Notes under the pieces: generated by a model
What the model saw: only the letters and a program-made list of their open reading frames with translations
Databases searched by the model: none
Told to the model about the DNA's origin: nothing
Program-made: the position numbers and the translations under genes
Shown: piece by piece, positions 1-8,367 of the stretch
Position numbering within the stretch: position 1 is the stretch's first letter
How the letters are laid out: the number at the start of each line of letters is the position of its first letter
Source of the DNA: an uncultured Methanomicrobiales archaeon
GTDB taxonomy: Archaea > Halobacteriota > Methanomicrobia > Methanomicrobiales > Methanospirillaceae
Reading direction: 5' to 3'
NCBI GenBank assembly: GCA_963697895.1
Contig: OY969100.1
Span: 1,376,001-1,440,000, forward strand
DNA length: 64,000 nucleotides

Positions 1-196
1 CCAAATGTAAACGGTGGATCGGATCGATTCCCCCCGGAGATACCGCGTGTTAACCCATCCCGGAGCTGGAGCCTTCTCCCTGTCACTCTCATAGACCGAT
101 CCGGCGCCAGATTGACAACGATTACAGCGGCGCCGTAATGTATTCCAAAAAAATATGGGACTGTAGCTGCGCATCAACAGGAGGAGGATGTCCCGT

Positions 197-2881
197 TCAG
201 GCACTCTCGGGGGCCTTTCCCCGGTAGCACGGAATGGTAAAAAAGAAGATGCTCCCGTTACCTTCTTCAGATTCCACCCAGATCCGGCCGCCGTGTCGTT
301 CGACTATCCTCCGGCAGATAGCAAGACCGATCCCGGTTCCCGGATACTGGTCCCGGGAATGGAGACGCTGGAATATCTCGAATATCTTTTGGGAATACAG
401 CGGGTTGATCCCGATACCGTTGTCCCGGACCGTGAAGACCCATTCGTTATCCTTCCATTTCGCTCCGACCGAGATACGGGGGACGGTTTCGCCCCGGAAC
501 TTGATCGCATTTGCAAGGAGGTTCTGGAATACCTGTGTCATCTGCGATCTATCGGCGAGGACCACCGGGAGATCATCCACGTGGACAACCGCCCCGTTCT
601 CGCAGATACCGACGGCAAGGTCCCGGATGACATCCTCAACCACCGCGTTCATATCCGTCGGGAGGAACGGTCTCGCCCGGGAACTCACCCGGGAGTATTC
701 GAGCAGGTCGTTCACGAGGTCGTTCATGCGGGTCCCGCCCTCGACGATGTAGTGGATGAACTCCCGGGCATCGGCATCGAGCTTCCCCTGGTATCGTTCC
801 TCAAGCAGCTGGGAGAAGAGCGTCACCATCCGGAGGGGCTCGCGGAGGTCGTGGGAGGCGACATACGCAAACTGTTCGAGCTCCTTGTTGGATCTGGCCA
901 ACTTTTCTGCGTATTGTTTCAGCTCTTCTGCGGTGTTCCGGAGCACCGTGATATCGTTCCCGTAGATGCGGACGATTCCCATCTCCGGTGAAAAGTAAAT
1001 ATTCTCCCCAAACGTCGCTCCCCGGATCTGCACCTCACCATAGTACGGCTCGGTTCTCCCCCGTGCCAGGTCGCACAGTATCTCCTCCATTCCGGCGGGA
1101 AAGAAGAGGGAAGGATCGTCCTCTTCTCCCAGCCTCTGCAGGATCCGATGGGTCGCCTCGTTACAGAACGTGATGGTACCGTCCCGGTCAAGCTCGATGA
1201 CCGGCATCGGGTTCATATGGGGAAATGTTGCGAGGTGGCGGATCTTTTCTTCCGCCTTCTTCCGGTCGGTGATATCCGTCCCCTGGGCGATGGTGGAGAG
1301 GACCGATTCACCGTCTTCATCAAAAAGGGTGGCAGAATTCCAGATCACTGTCCGGATCGTTCCATCCAGATGCCCGACCGGGATCTCCACGACCTCCCAC
1401 CGTTCTCCCCGTGAGGTCCGCCGGATGAGATCCATCGATGCATCCCGCCACTCAGGCGGGAAGAGGATATCGAGGGGCTGCCCGACGACATCCCCTGCCG
1501 CCCTCCCGGTCAGGCGCTCGAATGCGTGGTTGAACCGGGTGATACGGAACTGCGGGTCCCAGACGATGATGGGGGCGTTCGCGTAATCGATCAGGTTCTC
1601 GAGGTACTGGCTCGTCTCCCTCAATCTCCGCTCAGCTTCCTTACGTTCGGTCACGTCGAGTATCTGCGAGAGAATGGAGACCAGTTCCCCCCGATCGTCG
1701 CGCAAAGCAGAGTTATACCACTCGCAGTAAACGACCGATCCATCCTTCCGGTAATTGCGGTTGGCGTGCATGTTCCGGGTACTCTTCCCGCCGAGCATAT
1801 CTGCGGAGATCTCGCGCACCGACTCCGCATCGTCTTCGTACACCCAGGGAATGTCTCCGATGGCCTTTCCCATCACCTCTTCTTCTCTCCAGCCGAATAT
1901 GCGCCGGGCTTCTTCCGACCACCGGACGATCCGGAACCCGGGGTCGAACTCGACGACCGCAAGCGGGGAGTTCGCGATATGGTGGGTAAGGCGCTGGAGG
2001 GCGATATGCAATGCATCCTCGGTCTTCTTCCGGCCGGTGATATCCCGAAAGACGATCTGAACTGCGGGCTCTCCCTGGAATTCGACCATGCCGCCCGCAG
2101 ACTCGACCACCAGCTCCGTTCCGTCCAGACGGAGCATCCTCGTCTCCCGCAGGGCAAGGTCCTGTCCCGCCTGTCCCTGTTGTATCCGGGCTGCAATCGC
2201 ATCCCGTTCATCCGGATGAACAAGATCGAGCAAAATTCTTCCCTGGAGTTGTTCGAGGTTCTCCGCACCGTACAACTTGAGGGCTACCGGGTTTGCATAG
2301 AGGAACCTGCCGTCGCGGTGCACGATGACCGCATCGGGCGCCGATTCGACGAGCGCACGGTACCGTTGTTCGCTCTCCTTCAGCTGCCGTTCCTTCTCGA
2401 GACGGGCACGGACTCCCGCGAGGTAGGCATAGATGCCGAACGCAACGATGATGAGTATGGCACTGTAGAGCACCCGGTTGAAGATCGCAAAGAACAGCAG
2501 GCCCCCCGGTGACATTAAAAAATATGACACCGCGATGAGGAGGATGGAGGTTCCTGCGACCACGAACGGCGCCGGACGCTGCCTGACCCAGATTGTGAAG
2601 ATCAGCGGGATCATATAGAGCGTCCAGATCGTCTCCTCGAGGGGTGCGTTCAGCTCGGTATAAAAGATGGCGGCGATGAGGATCGCGATGAACGCGATAA
2701 CAAGGTAATTCCTCGATTCGGGGGATAACGGGTAGATCCTTCCGTGGGGCATTGATGCGTTCTCTCCTGCAAGTCGCCGCGATCTTCGGTTATGATACAT
2801 TGAAGAGCCGGTCTGGATAATGATTGTGTTCCTGTCGTTGATCGACCCGGTTTTCACCGTGAGCAGGTCCGGTGGATGCAT
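197..2881 (-). CDS. Membrane-bound multi-PAS/PAC sensor histidine kinase (true start possibly ATG at 2752)
   Basis: N-terminal hydrophobic helices, about four PAS/PAC repeats, H-box ASHDLREPLR, N-box QVFQNLLANAIKF, G-boxes DNGIG and GTGIGLAIC. Confidence 0.93.
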   Translation of the reverse strand: MHPPDLLTVKTGSINDRNTIIIQTGSSMYHNRRSRRLAGENASMPHGRIYPLSPESRNYLVIAFIAILIAAIFYTELNAPLEETIWTLYMIPLIFTIWVRQRPAPFVVAGTSILLIAVSYFLMSPGGLLFFAIFNRVLYSAILIIVAFGIYAYLAGVRARLEKERQLKESEQRYRALVESAPDAVIVHRDGRFLYANPVALKLYGAENLEQLQGRILLDLVHPDERDAIAARIQQGQAGQDLALRETRMLRLDGTELVVESAGGMVEFQGEPAVQIVFRDITGRKKTEDALHIALQRLTHHIANSPLAVVEFDPGFRIVRWSEEARRIFGWREEEVMGKAIGDIPWVYEDDAESVREISADMLGGKSTRNMHANRNYRKDGSVVYCEWYNSALRDDRGELVSILSQILDVTERKEAERRLRETSQYLENLIDYANAPIIVWDPQFRITRFNHAFERLTGRAAGDVVGQPLDILFPPEWRDASMDLIRRTSRGERWEVVEIPVGHLDGTIRTVIWNSATLFDEDGESVLSTIAQGTDITDRKKAEEKIRHLATFPHMNPMPVIELDRDGTITFCNEATHRILQRLGEEDDPSLFFPAGMEEILCDLARGRTEPYYGEVQIRGATFGENIYFSPEMGIVRIYGNDITVLRNTAEELKQYAEKLARSNKELEQFAYVASHDLREPLRMVTLFSQLLEERYQGKLDADAREFIHYIVEGGTRMNDLVNDLLEYSRVSSRARPFLPTDMNAVVEDVIRDLAVGICENGAVVHVDDLPVVLADRSQMTQVFQNLLANAIKFRGETVPRISVGAKWKDNEWVFTVRDNGIGINPLYSQKIFEIFQRLHSRDQYPGTGIGLAICRRIVERHGGRIWVESEEGNGSIFFFTIPCYRGKAPESA

Positions 2882-3045
2882 ATCGGTACGGAAGATTCCC
2901 GTCCGCCAGTCTCCTTCGCCATGTCTCGCCCGGGTTCCAGCAACGCAATGAGCCGGAATCGAGGTAAGGTGGTAATCCCCTGATGTTCATTTCCTCTGGA
3001 TTCCTCGAATGTATTCATCTGTAGCTGCCACTATGAGACTATATT

Positions 3046-3064
3046 TATGCAACTCTTTTGCATA
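3046..3064. promoter_or_regulatory. Perfect 7-5-7 inverted repeat overlapping a TATA-like element; candidate operator
   Basis: TATGCAA-CTCTT-TTGCATA directly after TATATTTA and 10 nt before the ATG at 3075. Confidence 0.5.
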
Positions 3065-3074
3065 GAGTACCGGA

Positions 3075-4778
3075 ATGAACAGGCATTTCTGCTGGATCCT
3101 CCTTATCCTGGCGGCGGGTGTTTGTATCGCGTGCCTGCCAGCAGAAGCTGCCCATACCGGTCAATCAGGCCAGGAATCGTCATCCGTTGGCGGGAGCGTG
3201 GGGGCTGAAACCACCACCATAACAGCCGCCGCTCACTCCGCAGGAAATTCCGGAGACCCCTCGCCCGGTTCCTTAGCCCCATTGGGGATGGGATCTTCAA
3301 TGGGGACGTCTATCGGATCCGCAGGGGGTGCACCGGGATCTCAAACCGCTCAATCCCCGGATTCTTCCGTTACCAGTTCTCCCGGGTCCTCAGGGAATGC
3401 AGCGGGATCCCCGGCAGGAAGTAAGATGACCTATACCGGAAATACCCGCGATGCTTCCGGCAGCCAGTCCGGATCTCCGGTTACCGAGGATGGTTCAGGC
3501 AATAGTGGAATCGTCTCTTCACCGTCGCTGGCGGTATCGGATCCCGGGAACGGAGGGATCGGAAACCGTGCGGGTGCTCTGGCAGATTCCGGGGTAGGCT
3601 CGACGGATGCTGATACCGGACCTCCTGCCTGGTCTGGTTCATCCGGGGGCAATCCTGACCTGTCACTTATTACCACGCCCATGGAACCCGATTCCTCCTC
3701 CGGTAAGCAGGGATCCGGCCAGGGATCCTCCCCGGAGGGAGGGGTCGGTTCCCCGGGAGGAACATCCGGTGATTTTAGAAATAAGGGGATAACTGGTGCA
3801 GAACAGGGCCAGGGATCCAAGAAAGGATATGGTGGAGGATCTCCTGCATTTTTGTCTGACTCTCATGATGAAACCGGAAGGCTGGGACGAATGGCCGTCA
3901 CAATGGGGTTGACGGGTGCTGCCGGTGCCGCCCGGCCCGGATACGGGGACGACAGCGGTAGGATTCCCGGTCCAGGGAGCGGTCGCGGCCCGTCACCGCA
4001 GCAGCAGGGACCACCCGCACAGGCCGGGGCAGTGCCCTGCGGTCCTGCCCAGACAACCCCGCTCCCGCCGGCATCGGTTCAGTCCCAGAATGAATCAAAA
4101 GAGGAGAATGTTTCACGCAGCCGGTCAAAATGGCTCAGCTTCCTGTTCCGGGTGACGGAGCCATCGGTTCCGGTAACCGGCACACCAGATCCCCGGTTCC
4201 CGTCGCTCTTCCCCTTCGGTTTCCTGTTATTTGGAGGATACCGGAGAATTTCCCGGAAAAATGTCCTGGATCATGACGCCCGCCATACAATCTACGGGGC
4301 GATTATCCGACGACCGGGAATCGACACCAAAACACTGAGTGATATCACCGGTATCAACGAGAATACACTCCGTTATCACCTGGCCAGGCTGGTGGCTACC
4401 GGTAAGATCTCCAGCCTCGTCCGACCCGGCGTGGTGCGGTATTTCCAGAACCAGGGGGCCTACAGCAGTTTTGAACACCTGATGCTCCATTATCTCTGGA
4501 CGGAAACTCCCCGCGAGATCCTCTGGCTGTTGTATGTGCATCCCGGGCAGGCCCGGCAGGAGATCGCAGATGCCCTGGGGATCTCAGGCCCGTCGGTCAC
4601 ACGACAGATGGAGCATCTGATCGAAGACAGGATCGTGGAGACCCGACTCCCGGGACGGTCGAATCACTACTACCTTACCGATGATGCCGCCCGGACCATC
4701 TCCCGGCTGATGACACCCTCCCCGGTGACGATGTATGGGGAGGCCGAGCCAGAAATTTTTTCGCTGCAAGCAGGGTGA
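3075..4778 (+). CDS. Tandem winged helix-turn-helix regulator (COG3398-like C-terminus) with signal peptide and long Gly/Ser/Pro-rich region
   Basis: Signal peptide-like MNRHFCWILLILAAGVCIACLPAEA; low-complexity middle; hydrophobic FPSLFPFGFLLFGGY; two HTHs (LSDITGINENTLRYHLARL, IADALGISGPSVTRQMEHL). Confidence 0.8.
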   Translation: MNRHFCWILLILAAGVCIACLPAEAAHTGQSGQESSSVGGSVGAETTTITAAAHSAGNSGDPSPGSLAPLGMGSSMGTSIGSAGGAPGSQTAQSPDSSVTSSPGSSGNAAGSPAGSKMTYTGNTRDASGSQSGSPVTEDGSGNSGIVSSPSLAVSDPGNGGIGNRAGALADSGVGSTDADTGPPAWSGSSGGNPDLSLITTPMEPDSSSGKQGSGQGSSPEGGVGSPGGTSGDFRNKGITGAEQGQGSKKGYGGGSPAFLSDSHDETGRLGRMAVTMGLTGAAGAARPGYGDDSGRIPGPGSGRGPSPQQQGPPAQAGAVPCGPAQTTPLPPASVQSQNESKEENVSRSRSKWLSFLFRVTEPSVPVTGTPDPRFPSLFPFGFLLFGGYRRISRKNVLDHDARHTIYGAIIRRPGIDTKTLSDITGINENTLRYHLARLVATGKISSLVRPGVVRYFQNQGAYSSFEHLMLHYLWTETPREILWLLYVHPGQARQEIADALGISGPSVTRQMEHLIEDRIVETRLPGRSNHYYLTDDAARTISRLMTPSPVTMYGEAEPEIFSLQAG

Positions 4779-5067
4779 ACGGTCTTACTCATCATCCCGT
4801 TTTCGATGGCAATACCAACACACTCCCGGTTCTTCTTACGGGATTCCTGAATGCGGAATATGTGGCTGGGTTCCTGGTTTCCTGAGATTGTGGCCGGGCT
4901 ATACCTTAACCCCAGGCGGTCGGCGATCCTTCCCGGTCTTTTGTTAATTCCCGGGGCAGCTGAGTCATGTAGCTGTTCGTTTGAGAAAAAGTTTGATATA
5001 CCGTGCCGATTTTGTGATGGAGACGGGTGCTCCGGGAATCAATCGTCCCGGGCCCGCATATCCAGGA

Positions 5068-5679
5068 ATGAATAAGATGTTTAAGAAGATCGCATTATGC
5101 GCAATGCTGGTCCTTATCCTCATCCCGGCTTCGGTCATGGCCGCCGGGATGCAGGGGCAGGGATCCGGTAGTAGCAATGGGGCAGGCAACGGCATACAGA
5201 GCCAGTCGCAGACTGCCATCGATAGCTCGTCAGGAGAACAGCCGATCAATACTCACGGGCAGAGATCCGGAATATCTTCCGGAAGCGGAGACGCCCAGAT
5301 GGCCCGTTCCGGTTCATGCAACGGAACCTGCGACCAGGACATGATCCGGAACATGACTCAGGACATGACCAGGAGCCAGCTCCGGTTCGGTTATGAATCG
5401 GTTCTTGTTGGAGAAGGCCAGGGAGCAGGAGCAGGCGCTGGGAATGGTTCCGGGAACAGGTCCGGGGTACTGCAACAGGAGGGAAAGATAAGCCAGCTCC
5501 AGTACCAGTTCTCGAATATGAACCGTGCACAGTTTGGTCTTACCAACGTGAACGGCAAGCTGATCCTTGCAACCACTGCTGACGCATCCGGTGACCGGGA
5601 CCGTGTTATGGGCCGTGATATGTTGAGGAACCAGACCCATCTCCAGGAAGGTTCCTGCGGCAACTGCACAAACCTCTGA
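5068..5679 (+). CDS. Secreted Gly/Gln/Ser-rich hypothetical protein with two Cys pairs
   Basis: Signal peptide MNKMFKKIALCAMLVLILIPASVMA; CNGTC and CGNC motifs; several N-x-S/T sequons. Confidence 0.75.
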   Translation: MNKMFKKIALCAMLVLILIPASVMAAGMQGQGSGSSNGAGNGIQSQSQTAIDSSSGEQPINTHGQRSGISSGSGDAQMARSGSCNGTCDQDMIRNMTQDMTRSQLRFGYESVLVGEGQGAGAGAGNGSGNRSGVLQQEGKISQLQYQFSNMNRAQFGLTNVNGKLILATTADASGDRDRVMGRDMLRNQTHLQEGSCGNCTNL

Positions 5680-5692
5680 GCAGACAACGGAT

Positions 5693-5737
5693 ACGGTGAT
5701 TGCACCGGAGCCGGTGCAAAACCGTTTTCTTTTTTCC
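5693..5737 (+). terminator. Hairpin plus T-tract terminator-like element
   Basis: TTGCACCGG-AG-CCGGTGCAA (5700-5719) flanked by ACGGT/ACCGT and followed by TTTTCTTTTTT just after the stop at 5679. Confidence 0.6.
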
Positions 5738-5905
5738 CGATTATTCCCGGGAAATGAAAGATCTTAAGGGAAAAATCGGGCGTTATCCTGGAAAAGTCCT
5801 CCTTCACGGGCGCCTTCACAAAGGGGGACTCTGGTGAAGATGTCTGGTCTTCCATACCGGGGACATATCCTTTATTAACACCCGGATCAATGGAGCACGA
5901 AGAAC

Positions 5906-6844
5906 ATGGATCTCGAAGAAACCGGCCGGTTCGATATCCGAATCCCCGAGCCCTTTGATTTTGTACGAACGGTCGCGAAACCGGCAGGGTGGCACTGGTC
6001 GACACCCCGGGAGGTCTTCCTCGACGGGGTTCTCTGGACGGGTATATACATCGGGGACACCCCGGTCGGCCTGAAACTCTCCGCCACGAAGAAGACCGTG
6101 CATGTCACCGCCTTTTCCGGATCGGCCCTCTCTCCGGAAGAGACCACCGAGCTGAAGTCGATGATCCGGGACGGATTGGGGGCGGACGAGGACCTGCCCG
6201 GCTTCTACCGGTTCGCCCGGGATGACCCGGTCCTGTCTGAGGTTGTCCACGACCTCGATGGCATGCGGACCGGCCTGCTCGAGGATGTCTTCGGGGGGGT
6301 CATTCTCGCCATCCTCCTCCAGATGGCGCCGATGGCCCGGAGCGAGCAGATGATGGCGGCCCTCCTCGAGAATTTCGGCACCCGGATCGCATTCGATGGG
6401 AAAGACGTCATCCTGTGGCCACGCCCGGTCGATATCGTCGCAGTTCCCGCAGAGGAGCTGAAGAGCGGGGCAAAGCTCGGGTACCGTGCGGGGCGGCTCG
6501 TCCTGGCTGCACAGTATCTCCGGGAACATCCGATGTCGCTGCGGGAGCTGGCAAGCCTCCCCGAAGAAGATGCATTCCGGCAACTGACCGGGATACCGGG
6601 GATCGGGCCTTACTCGGCAGGCATCATCCTCGGGCAGACCTCGCTTCCGATCGATACCTGGAGCGTGGTGATCCTCTCCGAACTCTTCCTCGGACGGACC
6701 CCCGAACACCCCCGGGAGGAGATCGACGAGGTGGTTTCGGAGCTCACCCGTCGCTGGGGACGGTGGCGATGGCTGGCGTTCGTCTACGTGCTGAACGACC
6801 TGGAAAACCTGGCAAAGAAATACCGGTTATCCCGGCTTACCTGA
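5906..6844 (+). CDS. HhH-GPD family DNA glycosylase (AlkA/Ogg-like)
   Basis: LGYRA motif, helix-hairpin-helix LTGIPGIGPYSA, catalytic PID motif. Confidence 0.85.
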   Translation: MDLEETGRFDIRIPEPFDFVRTVAKPAGWHWSTPREVFLDGVLWTGIYIGDTPVGLKLSATKKTVHVTAFSGSALSPEETTELKSMIRDGLGADEDLPGFYRFARDDPVLSEVVHDLDGMRTGLLEDVFGGVILAILLQMAPMARSEQMMAALLENFGTRIAFDGKDVILWPRPVDIVAVPAEELKSGAKLGYRAGRLVLAAQYLREHPMSLRELASLPEEDAFRQLTGIPGIGPYSAGIILGQTSLPIDTWSVVILSELFLGRTPEHPREEIDEVVSELTRRWGRWRWLAFVYVLNDLENLAKKYRLSRLT

Positions 6845-6910
6845 TGAACGGTATCGGGTTCAACCGCCCGGAAGAAAATGATTATTGAAACTCCGGTGAA
6901 GGTGATTCTC

Positions 6911-7330
6911 ATGAACTATGAACTGAAGCCGATCGGGATTGTCCGCTCTCCATACCGGGAATTGCACGATGCTCCTCACCAGGGACGGTGTTCGGACGCG
7001 ATCTCGGAGATCGTCGTGTACGATGAGTTTGCGCCCGGCCTGAAGGATATCGGGGAGAACCCGCATCTCATCGTCCTCACCTGGTTTGACCGCTCGGACC
7101 GGACACAACTCCTGGCTACGCCACCACATCTCCGGACAGAACACGGGGTGTTTGCGACCAGGTCACCCAACCGCCCGAACCCGATCGGATTGTGCCTAGT
7201 AGACCTGATCGGGATGAGTGGCACGACGCTCCGGGTGCGGGGGCTCGACGCGATCGACGGCACACCGGTGATCGACATAAAACCCTATTCGGCAAAGATA
7301 GATTGTGTTTCCGGCCCCTCCCGGGAATGA
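6911..7330 (+). CDS. tsaA: tRNA m6t6A37 methyltransferase TrmO/TsaA
   Basis: KPIGIVRSPY, GVFATRSPNRPNPIGL and GLDAIDGTPVIDIKPY motifs; GGTGA upstream of the ATG. Confidence 0.93.
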   Translation: MNYELKPIGIVRSPYRELHDAPHQGRCSDAISEIVVYDEFAPGLKDIGENPHLIVLTWFDRSDRTQLLATPPHLRTEHGVFATRSPNRPNPIGLCLVDLIGMSGTTLRVRGLDAIDGTPVIDIKPYSAKIDCVSGPSRE

Positions 7331-7407
7331 TCGCATATCCGACCAGACCATCCGATCGGTGAATCCGTTCAGGACCGGACCACACGAAGATGCCGATCGG
7401 ACGTGAC

Positions 7408-8142
7408 TCACACCGCTGCTTCCGCCAGAACTTCGACCGTATTTTCGGCGGAGGCGATGAAGAGCTCCCCGAAGAACTCCTCCTGCCATATGTTCACCCG
7501 GCCCTCGAACATGAGGAAGAGGAGCGGAATGTAGACATCCGGAGCCGGTTTGGAGAGCGTCCGGCAGAGCTCGGAGAGCGTCACAATCCCTCCGGAGCCG
7601 ATGCAGTCCTCGCATTCGGCCATGACATCCATCACCGCTTCCTGGTACACCTCGTCATGGGCGATCCCGACGACATCATCCGCGGTGATCAGCCGTTCCC
7701 CATAGGGATCGGCATATCGCTGCCGGCGCCGCTGCTCCTTCTCGGCGTTTTTCAGCTCGGTGATCAGTTCGAAGAGGGTGACCGGGCTCATCCGGAGGCG
7801 TTTCCGGTCAAGGCGGCGACGGATCTCCCGTTCGAGCCGTTCGATCGGCCCCGCCTCCCCCTCCACGAACTCCCCGTCGAAGGAAAAGTCCTCATCGAAG
7901 AGCGACCCGTCCTCTTCCTCCTCATCTCCTTCAACCGATTCCAGCGAGAGATATTCGGACTTCATGCGGAGGAGCGTCGCGGCATAAAAGAGCGTGCGCC
8001 CGGAGATCCGGAGGTCCAGTTCCTTGCGCCGGTCCAGCTCCTCGAGGAACCGGTCGGTCACCTCGACGATATCGATATTCCATGGGTCGATCTCCCCCCG
8101 TTCAGCCAGCTGGACCAGGATTTCTATGGGTTCTTCAGCCAT
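7408..8142 (-). CDS. scpA: Segregation and condensation protein A (kleisin)
   Basis: EPIEILVQLAERGEIDPWNIDIVEVTDRFL, LLRMKSE, C-terminal QEEFFGEL; downstream of smc. Confidence 0.95.
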   Translation of the reverse strand: MAEEPIEILVQLAERGEIDPWNIDIVEVTDRFLEELDRRKELDLRISGRTLFYAATLLRMKSEYLSLESVEGDEEEEDGSLFDEDFSFDGEFVEGEAGPIERLEREIRRRLDRKRLRMSPVTLFELITELKNAEKEQRRRQRYADPYGERLITADDVVGIAHDEVYQEAVMDVMAECEDCIGSGGIVTLSELCRTLSKPAPDVYIPLLFLMFEGRVNIWQEEFFGELFIASAENTVEVLAEAAV

Positions 8143-8367
8143 CAGACGACTCCATCCCTGGCCATGTGGATCCCCCCGGTTCTTCAGCCATCAGATGACT
8201 CCATCCTTCTGACCCTCAGGACCATAATCTCTCCCGACTTCTTCAGCCATCGGACGACTCCATCCTTCTGACCCTCAAGACCATAATCACTCCCGGCTCT
8301 TCAGCCATCGGAAGAACCCCTCCCCGGCAGCCACCCGGACCTCGATCTCTCCAGGATCTTCAGCCAT
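8133..8367 (-). repeat. Five-copy degenerate tandem repeat anchored on ATGGCTGAAG, defining four mini-ORFs
   Basis: CTTCAGCCAT on + at 8133, 8182, 8241, 8299 and 8358 (spacing 49, 59, 58, 59); the middle units share TGAGGGTCAGAAGGATGGAGTC on the minus strand. Confidence 0.92.

Noticed and set aside
188-2512. Long + strand ORFs (188-991, 1526-2512) opposite the histidine kinase
   Set aside because: Antisense shadows of a GC-rich gene; no recognisable motifs.
5791-5830. GGAAAAGTCC plus a 10-bp hairpin as RNase P RNA or another ncRNA
   Set aside because: Lacks the exact P4 consensus and its 3' partner, and the intergenic space is too short.
8133-8367. Repeat array as a mini-CRISPR
   Set aside because: The conserved core is short and equals the scpA start, the intervening sequences resemble one another, and no cas genes are present.
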